Shown piece after piece: positions 12,021 to 25,684 of a stretch of DNA of 64,000 nucleotides. The notes under the pieces were generated by a model. The model searched no databases and had not been told where the DNA came from. It worked only from the letters and a program-made list of their open reading frames with translations. The translations under genes and the position numbers were made by a program. This DNA is from the human T2T-CHM13v2.0 reference genome, Homo sapiens: NCBI RefSeq assembly GCF_009914755.1, contig NC_060926.1; one strand, written 5' to 3'. Every line of letters starts with the position of its first letter. Positions within the stretch are counted from its first letter, which is position 1.

Positions 12021-12809
12021 GATGGTGAGCTTGGCTAGGAGAGGATGTGGAAAAGCCATCCAGGCCAGCCAAGAGACAGGAAGACCTGTCAGGAAGCCAT
12101 TGCTGAAACCCAGGTAAGAAGTGAAGACATCTACCTTAACTAAAGCACCGAGGGTGGGGACTTGGAGGCAGGTGAAGTAGGTGTAATTATGTTGATTTAC
12201 AGGTGAGGAAACTGAGTCATGGTGAAGATATGTTACCCTGTCTAAGGTCCCATAGGTACAGGTGTGAGCTCAGATTAGTATCACTTGATCACTTTTCCAA
12301 AGATGAGCCAAGTAATGGTAAATGACCCCTTGTCTGAGGTCTCACCACTAGTAATGAGATAGAGACAGAGCTGAAAGTGCTGGTCTTCTGCCTCCAGGTC
12401 CAACGCAACTTAATCACTGTGAAGTCTTATCTCTACCTCAAACTGGGGATTATACCACCATTGCTTTAACAGAGACACTTCTTTTCCTTGGGCCAGCACT
12501 ATGTGCTTGTATTACATTGGTCCAGAGTCCAACTGAGGGACATGAAAACGCCTCACCATTCCCAAACCCCTTTCTTCATGGCCTGCCATGGTGCTCACTA
12601 TCACAGCCAATGCAATCAGTGGGCCTTAGGTGGGCTGCTGATTTGGGAAATCCTTCCGAATGCTGGTTGCCTGGAAGGCAGGGAGTTCACTCTTGCCAGA
12701 GCAGGAGCACAGTAGGAGCCTGTCCCATGGCTCACCCACGCCTGAGGATGCAACTGAGTAGTCGTGGAGCAAAGTGCAGCTTGGAGGACAGAAGACTCAA
12801 CATCTGAGT

Positions 12810-13485
12810 GTGCCGTGGTCTGGACTTTTTAGAGCCTCAGAATCTTTATTCAAAAAATGTGGGTCCTATTGTCTATTTCCCATGGTTGGGGATTAAATTA
12901 AACATTTATGCAACAGTGCTGGGCCCAGCGCTTGGGCCATAGTAGAAACTTACACAATAAATGTTGGGTTCCTCCCTTTATACATCTTGGAACCACTTAA
13001 GCCTGTGTGTTTGCATCAGACTTGTGTTTTAATTTGAGTTTTGTGGGCAGCTGAGCTGGGTGTGACTATGAACAAATGACTTTGCTCTCTGAGCCTTAGT
13101 TTCCCTCATATATGAAGCAGTTAGAGAAAGGTGGTTAAAAACAAAAGATCTGGAGCCAGAGGGCCTGGATTCAGATCATGATTTCTCTGCTCACTAGCTA
13201 TATGACTGGGAACGTTCCATAGATTTTCTGTGCCTTGGTTTCCCCATCTGTAAAGTGGGGATTATCATAGCACCTACCTCATAAGAGATTTTGAAATTAA
13301 ATGAGATAATGTACATAAAGCACTTAGCATAATGTTTGACACACAATGAGCATTTAATAAATGTTAGAATGTTATTATTAATTGTGAAATATGAGTAACA
13401 GTACCATTTGTAGGACTGTTGTGGTATTAAATTAGAAATATTCATACACCCTAACACACTTAGTATACTGCCTGGGGTACGATAG
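12810..13485 (+). mobile_element. MIR cluster with a near-full-length MIR (13130-13380)
   Basis: Repeated MIR cores (gagcctcag/tgccttggtttccccatctgtaaagtgggg...aataaatgttag). Confidence 0.8.
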
Positions 13486-14939
13486 GTCGCCCTTACTCTC
13501 TACCCTAAGCTGCCTCCCTAGTGAATGCTTTTTTTCTTCTTTTTCTTTTTCCACTTCCCTGTCAGTTTTGATGAGGATATAGGCTGGGCTGGTGACTCTG
13601 GGAGCAGGAATGTGCATGTTGAGCTCAGTCACGGGTGACAGGATCAGAAGTCTTTGGTTTGCCTCTTGGGGAGAGGTGGATTATGACTCCCCAGGGGTCA
13701 GCCCAGGCTTTAGCCTGCAGTCACTTCCTGACAGGGAGCTACTCTCCCCCAACTTGGTCTCAGGGCAAAAGGCAAAATGGAAAATGCAAGAATGGAAAGG
13801 AAACAGGAGCCACAGGGAAGCTGCTGGGAGATGGCTGGGCCACACGTTTTTGTCATAGGCCAGCCTTGGAGAACTCCTGTGCTGGGTGATCTTAATTATA
13901 ACCTTACATGATCGTGAGTAAGAATTGAACAGAGCTCTCCCTGTCTGAACTCTTTGCTGTGCGCCCCTTCCTTATCCTAAGAGAAAAACAAGAACAAGAG
14001 AACGGAAACTAACCAAGCCCTAAAGGACCTCTCTTCACACACATTTCTGTCAAAATGGACAGTAGACTGAAAAGTATGTTTCTCTACCAGGTGATTCCAG
14101 GACCTGATGGTGAAGCCTCAGCATCAGAAAGGACCTTAATCATAATACAGGACATGCTTTCAGATGGGACTTACACCCACTGAGGTATTGCAGCCATTGA
14201 GGAGGGGGTGTCTTTGAAGGTGCAAAAATAAATATGGAGCATTCAATTTAGTTAAAAATTTGGGACAAAACTTTCAGCTTTTTCTTTCTCATGCACTGTT
14301 TTTTCCTTTTATGCTTTAGTTTGGGTGACTTATATTGATCTGCTTTTGAATTTCTGATTCTGTAGCCATAGGTAACTGATTTGGTAGCTATTTTAGATAA
14401 AAAAAAGAGACTGCCAAGCGGGAGGCAGTGTCCTTATGAGATGACAAAAATGAAGGGGTCAGATGACAAACATGAACATGCAGTGAAGTCACTCTTTGCC
14501 AGAAATAATGGACAATTAGCACCCAGTTTCGTTGGCCAGTCCAAAATTTACAATGAGAGGTCTGTGAAAACATACTGATTTGCAAAATGGTGGATGCTGA
14601 GGTGAATGGTGAAAAAACTTTCAACAGTTCTCTCATTTTCCACATCTGGACAATCAGAGTAATAAAGTCTTCTCTGCCACATTGTGAGGGTTTTTGAGAA
14701 GGACAAATCATAACCAACAATTTTTTATGTATGTGCTAGGCACTGTTCAAGGCACCGAGTTCTCAGCATATTAGTTGGGGCCCAGTTTTCTTATAGTCAC
14801 AGAGGACAAGTAAAATAATCATCTAAAAAAATCAGAAGTTACTAAAAATCATTTGTACTTTTGTATACATTTTCTTAAGGGACTTCTATTATGCAGGGCA
14901 CCAAGCCCAGAGTAAATGACATTCACCAAAATCTAGAAC

Positions 14940-17570
14940 CATAGATTTTATCTTGGTGGAGTGTTCTGTAATTGCCAGTTAGATCTTTTTGATGGTTGGT
15001 GATGTTGAACTCAGTATCCTTGATGATTTTCTGTCTAGTAGTTGTATCAATTGCTGAGAAAAGGGTAGTGAAGTCCATCAGGAGTTGTGTGTTTGTCTAT
15101 TTCTCCTTTCAGTTCTATCAGTTTTTGCCTTATATATTTTCATGCACTGTTGTTTGGTGTATACACATTTAAGATTGCTACGTCTTCTTCGTGGACTGAC
15201 CCTTTAATTATGTTACATTCCTCTTTGTCTCTGGTAATTTGATTTGCTCCAAAGCCTACTTTATTTTGTAATAATATTGTCACTCTTACTCTCCTCTGAT
15301 TAATTTTTGCATGGTATATTTTCGTATCATTTTACTTTTAATATATCTGTATAATTATATTTGAAGTGAGTTCCTTGCATGTAGTTTATAGTCGAGTCAC
15401 ACTTTTTTATCCACTGTGCCAAGCTCTGACTTTTAATTAGTGTATTCAGATCACTTATATTTAATACAGTTATTGATATATTAAGGCTGATATATGACAT
15501 TTTATTATTTGTTTTTGTTTATTGCTTCTGTTTTCCATTGTTCTATTTCCCCTTTCCTGCATTTCTGTGGATTGCATGAACATTTTTTTCAAGCCAGTCA
15601 AATTTAGCAGTGGGGTGTTGTATACCAACTTCAATGACACTAATGTTAATAAGTTCTGATAGCCCACTACCATCAAACCAGCCTACTTGAACATTTTAAT
15701 AGTGTTTTTGAATATATGTTTTTGCATAGTTTTTTAATAATGGTGGTTGCTCTAGGTATTACATATACATATGTAACATTATAGTCTACTGGTGAAACAT
15801 TTTATCACTTAATGTGAAATGTGAAAATATTACCTCCATTGAGCTTCCATACCCTCCTCCACTTATAATTGTCTTATGTATTTCCTCTACATTGAGAAAT
15901 ACATCATACAGTGTTTCAATTTTAATTCAACCATCAAACATAATTTAGAAAGCTCAAGAGGAGAAGAAACTTCTATTGTATTTACCTACATTTTAACTTT
16001 TTCCCTATTATTCTTTCTTCTTTCTTGATGGTCTAAGATTTCTTCTTTCATCCTCTCCTTTCTGCTTAGAGAACTTCCTATAGCTTTTCTCATAGAGTAG
16101 GTCTTTTGGTGACAAATTCTCTTAGTTTTTGTCCATCTGACAATGCCTTGATTTTTGTTCCATTCCTTGAGGATATTTTTGCTGGCCATAGACTTCCGAG
16201 TTAGCAGTTCTTATCTTCTAGCATTTGAAAAATGTTGTGCCACTTCCTTCTGGCTTCTATGATTTTGAATGAGAAAATCTGCTGTCATTCAATTTTTTTC
16301 CCTTCTAGCAAGGTGTCATTTCTCTCTTATTGCTTTCAAGATCTTTTTTTTGTCATGAGTTTTCATAAGTTTCACTATAATGTGTTTTGGTATGTATTTT
16401 GTTGGGTTTTCCTGTTTGGGGTTTACTCCATTTAATTTAAAATTTTAGGACAATTTCAGCCATAATTTCTTAGAATATTTTTCAGTTCCACACTTTCTTT
16501 TTTCCTTCTAAGACTCCAATGACAGAAATGTTAGATCTTTTGTTATTTTCCCACAGATTCCTGAGGCAATGTTCTTTTTTAGTCTATTTTCTCACTGTTA
16601 TTCAGATTGGGGAATTTATTTTGATTTATCTTCAGGTTTACTGATTCTTTCCTGTCACTGCCATTCTGCTATTGAATTCATCTATTGAGTTTTTCTTTCA
16701 GTTATTTTTTTTCGGTTCTAAAATATTCATTTTGTTCTTCTTCATATCTTCTATTTCCTTGCTGGGGCATTCCAGTTTTTCATTTGCTTCAGGTGTGTTT
16801 GTAATTGCTTGTTGGAGCATTTTTATGATACCTGTATTTGAAATCCTAGTTAGATGATTCCAATGTCTGTGTCATCTCCATGTTGGTGATTTTTCTTGCC
16901 TTTTCTCATTTAAATTGATGTATTTCTGGTTCTTGGTATAAGAGGTGTTTTTCTATTGTATCCTAGACATGCTGGATTTTATGAAACTCTGGCAATTATT
17001 TAAGCACTCTATTCTAGCAGGCCTCTGCTGACACTGAACCAGCAGGGTAAAGCAGGATGCCACTTAATTACCACAAAATAATGCAGAAGTCCAGGTTTCC
17101 TACTCAGCCTTTGCTGACACCATGAGTAGAAGAGGAACCTTGTTACCACTGGGCAGGAACCAAAGCCTAGGCTCCTTATTTGACTTCTGCAATTGGCAGA
17201 TGCCTCATTTTTCCCATGGTGTTTGGATGGAGTACAGTGAATAACTTCAAAAATGTTTTTTATCTGCTGGGCTGCCCCTTTTCTTATCCTTTGCCTAAAG
17301 AGAACAGTATTTTCTTGAGCATTATTTTGTCTACACCTTTTTGCATTTCTAGGTTGTAAAAGTCATAATATACGAAAGATGAAGGAATAAAAAAAATCCA
17401 GGAACTTGCCACCATGTCATTCCTCAAGCCTTAAGGCTCCTAGTCAGTTCTTTTTTCCACCTTTCAGAGTCTTCTTATATTTGTCCTTTCAATTATGTCC
17501 AGAGTTTTTAGCTGTACTTGGAGGAATAGAAAGAAGTGTGTCTATTAGATCTTGTCTGGAACCAGACATC
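14940..17570 (-). mobile_element. old L1M (L1MC/MD-type) 5' half: 5'UTR, decayed ORF1, start of ORF2
   Basis: T-rich antisense L1; gtgaagtcc...tttgtctatttctcctttcagttctatcagtttttgc (EN region); minus-strand 5' end gatgtctggttccagacaagat. Confidence 0.85.
15591..15683 (-). pseudogene. Y4 RNA (RNY4-like) retropseudogene
   Basis: Minus reads ggctggtttgatggtagtgggctatcagaacttattaacattagtgtcattgaagttggtatacaacaccccactgctaaatttgactggctt, about 6 mismatches to recalled hY4; short A tail; TSD tgcatgaacatttt/tacttgaacatttt. Confidence 0.93.
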
Positions 17571-17574
17571 GCTA

Positions 17575-17810
17575 TTCAATAATATTAAAGAATTATTATT
17601 AGTTTTTTTAGGTGTAATAATAAAATTATATTTTTAAAGATAGTCGTTTTAGAGATACATACTGAAATATTTACATACAATATAATATAATATATTGTAT
17701 GTATATAATATGATGTCTGGGATTTACTTCAGTGGAGGCAGAGGCTGGTGGGGATATAGATTGAATAAGAGTGTTCAGAAGTTGGTAATTATGGAAGCTG
17801 AGTAATTGTT
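17575..17810 (+). mobile_element. L1MC/ME 3'-end fragment
   Basis: ttagagatacatactgaaatattta...atgatgtctgggatttacttc...gaagctgag. Confidence 0.65.
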
Positions 17811-17834
17811 CAAACTGGAGATCCTTTATTCTAC

Positions 17835-18120
17835 ACCAGCTTAATTCAATACAAATATATGAGCCATGTATGTAATTTAAAAATTTTCTAGTATTCATAT
17901 TAAAAAAGAAATAAAAGATAATTAATTATAATATTTTAAACCAAACATATCCAAAATAATTACTATAAAAATTACTAATGAGATATTTTACATTCTCTTT
18001 TATACTCTATTTGAAATTGATGGATGTTTTACACTTACGGCACATCTCAATTTGAACTAGTCATATTTCAAATGCTCAATAACCATATGTGGCTAGTGGT
18101 TACTGAATTAGACAACACAG
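17835..18120. mobile_element. MER33-like hAT-Charlie element
   Basis: cacttacggcacatctcaatttgaactag...atttcaaatgctcaataaccatatgtggctagtggttactgaattagacaacacag. Confidence 0.8.
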
Positions 18121-18855
18121 TTTTATATTTTCTTCTGTTGTTAGTATTTGGAACTTTAAATAATAAAAGTTTATTTTTAAAACCAGGTCTGAATTCAAAT
18201 TCTATGCTCTTAACATCTGGCCTCTCCCATTTATGCTCCTTGCTGTGTGATTTTGGACTCCCTCAGTCACTGCCCAGTAAAGTCTGACTCATGAGGATCT
18301 TGGAAGAAGCAAAAACCCTGCCATCCCTCCTCTAAGTTCTCTGCTGCAGCCTCTTGCCTGGCCCGTTGTCCACCTCTACCCTCTGCTGTGTTTTTGAAGG
18401 TGGATAGAGTCCATGTACTGCCTCCCCTGCAGCACCTTATATGGTACTCAGCACATAGTTCATGTTCCATATATATTTGCCAAATAAATGAATGTTAGGA
18501 AGGAAACAAAAGCTGCATCTTGTAAAGTGAGCAATGGTAGAAGGACATTAAGCATATCTGGAATACATTAGGCATTTTCATACATAATGTCTTGTTGAAT
18601 TCTTGCTAAAAATATGTGACTTAGGTATTAACATCACCACCCTACGAATGAGGAAATATCACAGTGTGGCTCTTAACCTGTCATTATGTGTTAAAGCCAG
18701 ACTTCGAATCCACTTCTGCCTGATACCAAAGCTACATCATACCATCTCCCAGGAATTTGCCCAATAACTAGAATGTAATGCAGGTTGTGATCAGTTTTCT
18801 ATAGTGATCTGGCCTCTCATGCCCTTACTTTTACCCTGGTTGACTTCTGTCAGTC

Positions 18856-19345
18856 TGTGGTAACAGAATAATGGGCCCCAAAGATGTCTCTGTGTTAATA
18901 ATCCCCAGAACCAGTGAACATGTTAGGTTAGATGGCAAAATGGAATTCAGGTTGCAGATGGAATTAAGGTTACTAATTAGATTATCTTAAAATAGGGAGA
19001 TTATCCTGGATTATCCAAATGGACCCACTCTAATCACAAAAGTCCTTGAAAGTGGAAGAGAAAATTGGAAGGGAGAACCAAAGAGATGATAGCGGGAGAA
19101 GGACTCAGCCTCGAGTTGCCAAAGGAAGCCAAAGAGTGTGGGCAGCCTCTAGAAATAGGAAACATCCAGGAAACGGATTCTCCGCTAGAGCTTCCATAAG
19201 GAGCAGCCTTGCTGACACCTTGGGTTTAGCCTAGTGAGGCTCATTTCAAACATCTGATCTCCAGAATTATATAATAATATGTTTTTATCATTTAAGCCAC
19301 TAAATTTGTAATAATTTCTTAGAGCAGCAACAGGGAACTAACATG
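18856..19345 (+). mobile_element. MLT1D solo LTR
   Basis: tgtggtaacagaataatgg...gggagattatcctggattatcc...taagccactaaattt; TSD cagtc/cagcc. Confidence 0.88.
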
Positions 19346-20834
19346 CAGCCCTGGCCCTGGCCTAGCCCCAGTCAATGTTTAGAATGAGCTGCTGTTTCCC
19401 TCTGTTGCCCTGCCTTTCTTTCAAACCATGATAGCCGGCTGGGCACTGGGTGACGGGTAGCAGGGGTCTCATTATCTCTGGTACGATCAGGTTCCTTTCT
19501 GGTGCCTTTTGCCCAAAGCTCTTGGGGTTGCTGAGGTGTCATTGGCCCCCTTCAGTGGTCTTTGTTTGGTGAGTTCTGCCTGTTGCCCGAACTTTCTGGG
19601 CAACATTTACTCTGTTTTCCAGTGGGTAGATCTATCCTAGCCTGCCCTTGCCAATGTTCTGATGGAATTTCTACAATAACTTGGCATGAATATCACACCT
19701 ATATTTACTTAATGTGTCCCAGAGCTGAGCTGTCTCCTTTTGGGGCAGAAGCATTCTCTTCCCTGCAGAGCTATATAGAGTAGGAGAAAGGCCTGGCATC
19801 CACTCTCAGAAGGCCTGAGCCCATGGCCTGGATTGGCATGGCCAGCCACCAATCCAGTCTGCTTCCTTGGGTGTAAAATGAGATTATAATAATGATACCC
19901 ATCTCACAGGGTTAACAGTTCAATTTAGCTCACAAATCTTTGGAATTAATATAATAATTACTAGTAGTTATTGAGTTTGTCCTTTGAATATGCTAAGTAT
20001 TTTGTGTGTTGTTTAATTTAATCGTCAAAACAAGTAGGTTTTATAGTTGAAGAAACAAAAGAAGAAATGTTATTATGCATACACATCCTCTATCTTTGTC
20101 CTTCTGATGATATTTGTTTCAATTAAAAAACAATGGAAAGAATCGATCTTTATGTAATTAATTTACAGTGACAATTACTGTTAGAATTGACCTGTACAAA
20201 TAATAACCAAGAAAGAAATTTGATACCAGCTAAAATGGTGCACAGTGAAATGTGGCAGAGAGAAAAACTGAAGAGTCATATCTTGTGGGAAACATCAAAG
20301 CTGTAAAAATTTGATCTAAGAAAAATTGGGCTGTGTAAAAATATTCAGTGTCTAATTAAACTGTCAACAGCTAAAGCTGTATGTGGTAAAATTTGTTATG
20401 GATTAAAAATTGACAGAATAATTAAATTTTCTCAGCAAAATTGAGAATTACAGGATCTCACTAGGAAAATTAGATTTGGCAGACATAAAACCACAAAATA
20501 AAAATCACAATGTTAGAAGATAGGATAAGTATTATTGAATTTGACAAAAAATAAAACCCCCTTTGATAACTGAATCTTTCATTAAGTTTTACAGCAAAAA
20601 GAGAAGAAAACACAATCCTGATAAAAAAATTTTCCATAAAATAAACATGAAAATGGGAGAGGGAGGTATATAACTGTGCCATATAAAAAATCAATCTAGA
20701 AATTATATTGGCTTGATGAGATTTGATCCCAAAAATATTCTGTTGGTGAAAATGTTTTAATATTAGTATAATTCTATTTTTAAAATTTTCTGTTTATAAA
20801 CCCAGAGTTCAAATAGTTTCAGGTCAGTATAATG

Positions 20835-21250
20835 TTGTATCGTCTAGATTCAGTGCAGAAAAAGAAAAACAACACTTTAGATATTTCAAAAAGAGAGTGT
20901 ATTGCAGGGAATGAGGTACTTAGAGTAAAGGGGTGGAGTCAGGGGCCACCACTAGACTCGTGGTCAGGCTCCCTGGGAAGTTGCAATCCAGAGGTCAGAA
21001 GGCTGCAGGAACCTGCTGCTGCTAGCACAGATGACAGGCAGAGCACGGGAAATATCGCTGGCCACCATAAAACTCCCATCTGCTAAAGCTGCCAAATCTC
21101 TTGCAAATTTGGCCATTGGCAGAACCTTGGCCTTGATGGCAAGGGAGTTGGGGAAATGTAGCTCTCAGCCTTCTAGCCTCTGCAGTACACTGGAGTGTAT
21201 AGAAGTGGGTAGGAACAAACGCAGGCCCCCTTTAAACAATATCCAGCACA
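20835..21250 (-). mobile_element. ancient ERVL-type LTR relic (family unresolved)
   Basis: tgtatcgtctagattcagtgcagaaaa...tagatatttcaaa...gcagggaat and ggcaagggagttggggaaatgtagctctcag...cagcaca. Confidence 0.5.
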
Positions 21251-22956
21251 GAAGGATGAAAATGTCTTGGGTCCAGATAAAGAGTCTCTGCGACGTTAAC
21301 ATGACCAAGGTCTCTCTTGGAGGCATTGGGTTTGTGGGGATTGGTGAAGAGAGTGTCTGTCCTCTCAGAGCTCACAGTGGATGGAGGAAGACAGATACAG
21401 AGAGTCTCTTATAAAACATGGCAACATTTGCAAAAACGATTAGCTTAGAGTAAAACAATGAGAATGGAGCAATTCACACTTCTTGGAACAGATGGAGTCA
21501 AGGAAAAGCTGGAAACATCAACAGTCTTTAGCTGGCTGTTGAAAAGTGGCTGCATTCACATGGTGGGGAGAACTGGGGCTTGCCAAGAAGAGGCAACAGC
21601 CAGAGCAAAGGTTGGCAGTGTCTTCGGCACTGGACACACCGTGTCCACCATGTCCAACTCACCAACATAGGACTTGGTGAGGAGGGCTGCGCTCAGTAAC
21701 CAGGTTAGAGAGACCACTGTGAACCAGCTTCCCCGAGGGCATGGCTTTACAGGGCCGACTTCAATCCTTTCCTTCCCTGCACAAATTCAGGCCTTTATTG
21801 TAGTTAATCCACCTCCCAATACCATTTTCTGCTTTTTTGGCTCCAATTTCCTAAACCTCCAATGAGTAAGTGCTTTTTATAATCTTCTAGATCTTTCAAA
21901 TCTCTCTCTCCAGTTAGCAGTTCCTGGGGCATGGCTGCTCCAGCTGTTGCAGCACTGAGAGATGGGCTGGATTTTTCCAAGCATAACTAGATTGTCACAG
22001 CTCCCTGACCCTGGCCCAACATCCCCACTGATTCCATGGGACCAGATGTTAACTACCTTGAAGAAAAACTGGCTGACTTGAAACTGAAAAATGAAAGTAA
22101 AACAAATCATTAAAAGGAATGGCTGCAGAGAACAGAACAGAGCTTACTAAGGCCATTCACATTTGACAACTCTGAAATGGGTACAATCATGCCCATTTTA
22201 CAGATGAGACAACTGAGTCCTACCTAGGCAGAAAGTGGTACAGTTCACCACTTAAATGATAAATTTAAGACCTCTGCTTCTGAGTCTAGTGCTGTTCCAA
22301 CTGAGCCAGATGACAAACCTCTCATTTGATGGTCCTTGTCACCTGTCTTCTTTGATGTTCAACCTTGGAAGAATGTACTATAGTTAATGTCTAAATAGAG
22401 ACAGTTTTGATGGTGACCAGTGGCAAACCAGATGAGGTATCAGTACAAAAGATGCGAGCCTAACTATCCTAGTCAAACTGAGATGTACGTGTACTGGGCT
22501 GCATCCTATTATATTGGGTAGAATTTGACATGCAGAAGGAAAAAAGATGCATGCACATCATCTATCTAGAAAAACAAGAGTGTGGGCAGATTTGTCCTAG
22601 ACACAGTTCAGGACATGGGTTAGTTCTAGGCATCTCTGGGAAGGGCCCACTACATCCCATCCTGCTTCCAGTGAATGCTTCAAGATCATCCATGGAAGGC
22701 CTTTACCTGGGTACCTAGCTTCTCTGCCAGGCAGCTCGCTCCCCACACAAATCTATTCTTCTCCTTGCTGTAATCTCCATTAATATTCTGGTCTGAACTG
22801 CGTCCTGTAAGGAGGTAGCAGGAAGCTCTGCCTGGATTAGCCAGGCAGAGTGAGACTCTCAGGGGACAAAAGACATCCAAATCTTGCAGGTGTGGGCTGA
22901 ATCCCAAGTCTGCTTGGCAGAAAGAAAGCTCCAGAGGTTTCCAGGGATATGCACGT

Positions 22957-22994
<38 letters not shown>

Positions 22995-22995
22995 T
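22957..22995. repeat. (TC)n(CA)n microsatellite
   Basis: read directly. Confidence 0.9.
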
Positions 22996-23293
22996 CAAGC
23001 ATAAGATCTTTCCTTATGGTTTGAAAAGTCAGATTCATGAGGTATGATGGAGTATATCAAACTTCACTGAAATACACTTGCAGGTTCCTACCTCAGCCAT
23101 GTGTAACCTGAGCTGGCTGGATGATATGCCCACTAAAAACCTAGGTTAGGCTCCTGCTTTTGAAGCTTACAGCTCTGTGAACTTGAGTCACTTTGGTTCT
23201 CTGAGATTCAGCTTCACCATCTGTAAAATAAAAATAATATTTAGTTCATTGAGTTGTTGAAGGATTGACTGGCACACTTATGGGAATACATGG

Positions 23294-23746
23294 TATGATG
23301 GTTAATACTGAGTGTCAACTTGATTGGATTGAAGGATGCAAAGTATTGATCCTGGGTATATCTGTGAGGGTGTTGCCAAAGGAGATTAACATTTGAGTCA
23401 GTGGGCTGGGAGACGCAGACTCACCCTTAATCTGGGTGGGCACCATCTAATCAGCTGCCAGCAAATATAAAGCAGGCAGAAAAAAGTGAAAAGACTAGAC
23501 TGGCCTAGCCTCCCAGCCTACATCTTTCTCCTGTCCTGGAAGCTTCCTGCCCTTGAACATTGGACTCCAAGTTCTTCAGTTTTGGGATTCAGACTGGCTT
23601 TTTTTTTTTTTTTTTTTTTGCTCCTTAGCTTGCAGACGGCCTATTGTGAGACCTTGAAATCCTGTGAGATAATACTTAATACACTTCCCTTTAAATATGT
23701 ATCTATCCTATTAGTTCTGTCCCTCCAGAGAATCCTGAGTAATACA
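23294..23746 (+). mobile_element. MLT2A1 (HERV-L) solo LTR inserted in a MIR
   Basis: tatgatggttaatactgagtgtcaacttgattggattgaaggatgcaaag...taataca; perfect TSD catgg/catgg. Confidence 0.92.
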
Positions 23747-23804
23747 CATGGTAAATTCTAGTATTAATTCAAGTGTATGGTGTGACAGTGATAACAAAGA
23801 GAAT

Positions 23805-23955
23805 AATGTTAGAAGATGATGACATTGGTGAGGATGATGTTGATAAAGATGATGAGGAGGAGGATGTTGGTGCTGCTGAGGAGGTTGATGCTGCTGCAGT
23901 TGTTAGTTATGATGACAAAGAAGAAAATGAGGATGAAGAGGAATGTGATATGAAT
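23805..23955. repeat. degenerate (GAT/GAG/GCT)n trinucleotide tract
   Basis: gatgatgacattggtgaggatgatgttgataaagatgatgaggaggaggat... Confidence 0.8.
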
Positions 23956-25221
23956 GCTAAGAGTTTGGCAACCACTTGAACGTTGTCTTCAGCACTGACA
24001 GAGGCACAGAGTAGGCGTAATCTCCTAGCTCCAGATCAGCATAAGGGTGGAAAAAAACCTATGTTTCTTGAGCACCTGCCATGATCCAGGGATGCTGACA
24101 GCGTCCACAGCCTTACCCTTCTTCCCCTTTGCAGCAACTCCACAGTGTCTCCACATTAGTTTAAGCAAGGCAAGGTAATTTGCCCAAAGTCATATAGGCT
24201 AAGAAAAAAAACAAACAAACAAACCCAGAAACAAAGCATTTTATAAAATAAGAATTGTATAAATTTTTAATCTTTATATTCACCATTTTCTATATAAGGA
24301 AGACTATTTACAAGCCAACAGAATGAGCGTCCTCAAGGGGAGTGAGGCAAACATCACTGGAATATCCAGAAGTGATATAAATAACTGCCTATGAGTTATC
24401 ACCTGGCACATTGAACCAGATGACCTCCTGAGCCTGTTAGCTGTATGATTTCAGGACACATATATGCTACTTACGCCCTGTACCCCCAGGAATGGCAAAT
24501 CTCTTCATCTCTTTGGCAATATACAATGGTGGTTAAGATCAGAGACTGAAGTCATGCCAACCTGACTGCAGGTCCCAGCTCTACATTTTATAAACAGGCA
24601 AGGGAAGGCCCAGAGAGGGTAAGGGACTTGCCTGAGAATGCACAGTGAGTTGGGCAGCAACACCAGGTGCAGGACCCAGGTGTCCTGATTCATCAATATT
24701 CTTCCCTGGGAGACCAAGCCCTTGTTTGTGGATGCCAATCCGTGCCATCCACAATGTCTCTCAGGTGCCAAGTCTGTTCCACATTTGCCCAGTTTGTGAG
24801 CCGTTGATCTCATCTGCTTCTAACAGCTCATCCTAGGCCTGGCACCTTCTTCAGAAGTAACCAGGGTTCTAACTGACCATGGTGCTGGTCTGAAGGCAGA
24901 AAGTAGTCTGTGTGTTGCCATGACCATGATGGCAACTGGTCTGCCTAAGTGATTTATTGACTTTTCAAGCACAGCTTGGTGAAGCAGGCAGGGTAGGCAT
25001 ATTTATCTTGTGTTTACAGATGAAGTAACTGAGGTTCAGTGGGGTGAGGCACTAGTCACCACCCTCTGTGGGCCTCGGTTTCTTCACCTGGCCATAAGGT
25101 CTTTTCCAATTCTTATAGCCTATGCCTCTATAATTTGTCCAAGGGCACACAACTAATAAAAAGCAAAGTCAAAACTATGAGGTCTTGGGGCTGCTATACT
25201 AATGATCTTTTTAATACTAAT

Positions 25222-25684
25222 TACATTAGTTTTCTAGGGCTGCTGTACGTACCACAGACTTGGTGACTTAAAACAAGAGAAACTTATTCTCTCACAGGCT
25301 GGAGGCCAGAAGTCTGAAATCAAGGTGTCGGCAGGGCCACGCTCCCTCCGAAACCTCTAGAGGAGAGTTCTTCCTTGCCTCTTCCAGCTTCTGATGGCCC
25401 CAGGAGTTCCTTGGCTGCGGCAGTGCAACTCCAGTTTCTGTCTCCATCTTCACGTGGCTGTCTCCCCTCTGTGTCTGTGTCTTCACACGGTGTTTTCCTC
25501 TCTGTCTGAATTTCTGTCTTCTTATAAGGACACCAGTCATATTGGTTTAGGGCCCACCCTAATGACCTCAGCTTAACTTGGTTACATCTGCAAAGACCCT
25601 ACTTCCAAGTAAAATGACAGTCACAGGTCCTGGGGGTTAGGGCTTCAATGTATCATTTTTGGGGATGCAATTCAACCTATAACC
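25222..25684 (-). mobile_element. MLT1C solo LTR
   Basis: attagttttctagggctgctgta...gaaatcaaggtgtcggcagggcc...attcaacctataac; TSD ctaat/ttaat. Confidence 0.88.

Noticed and set aside
23773-23979. Acidic D/E-rich ORF resembling nucleolin or prothymosin tails
   Set aside because: Degenerate trinucleotide repeat with a GTG start and no flanking homology, poly(A) or TSD.
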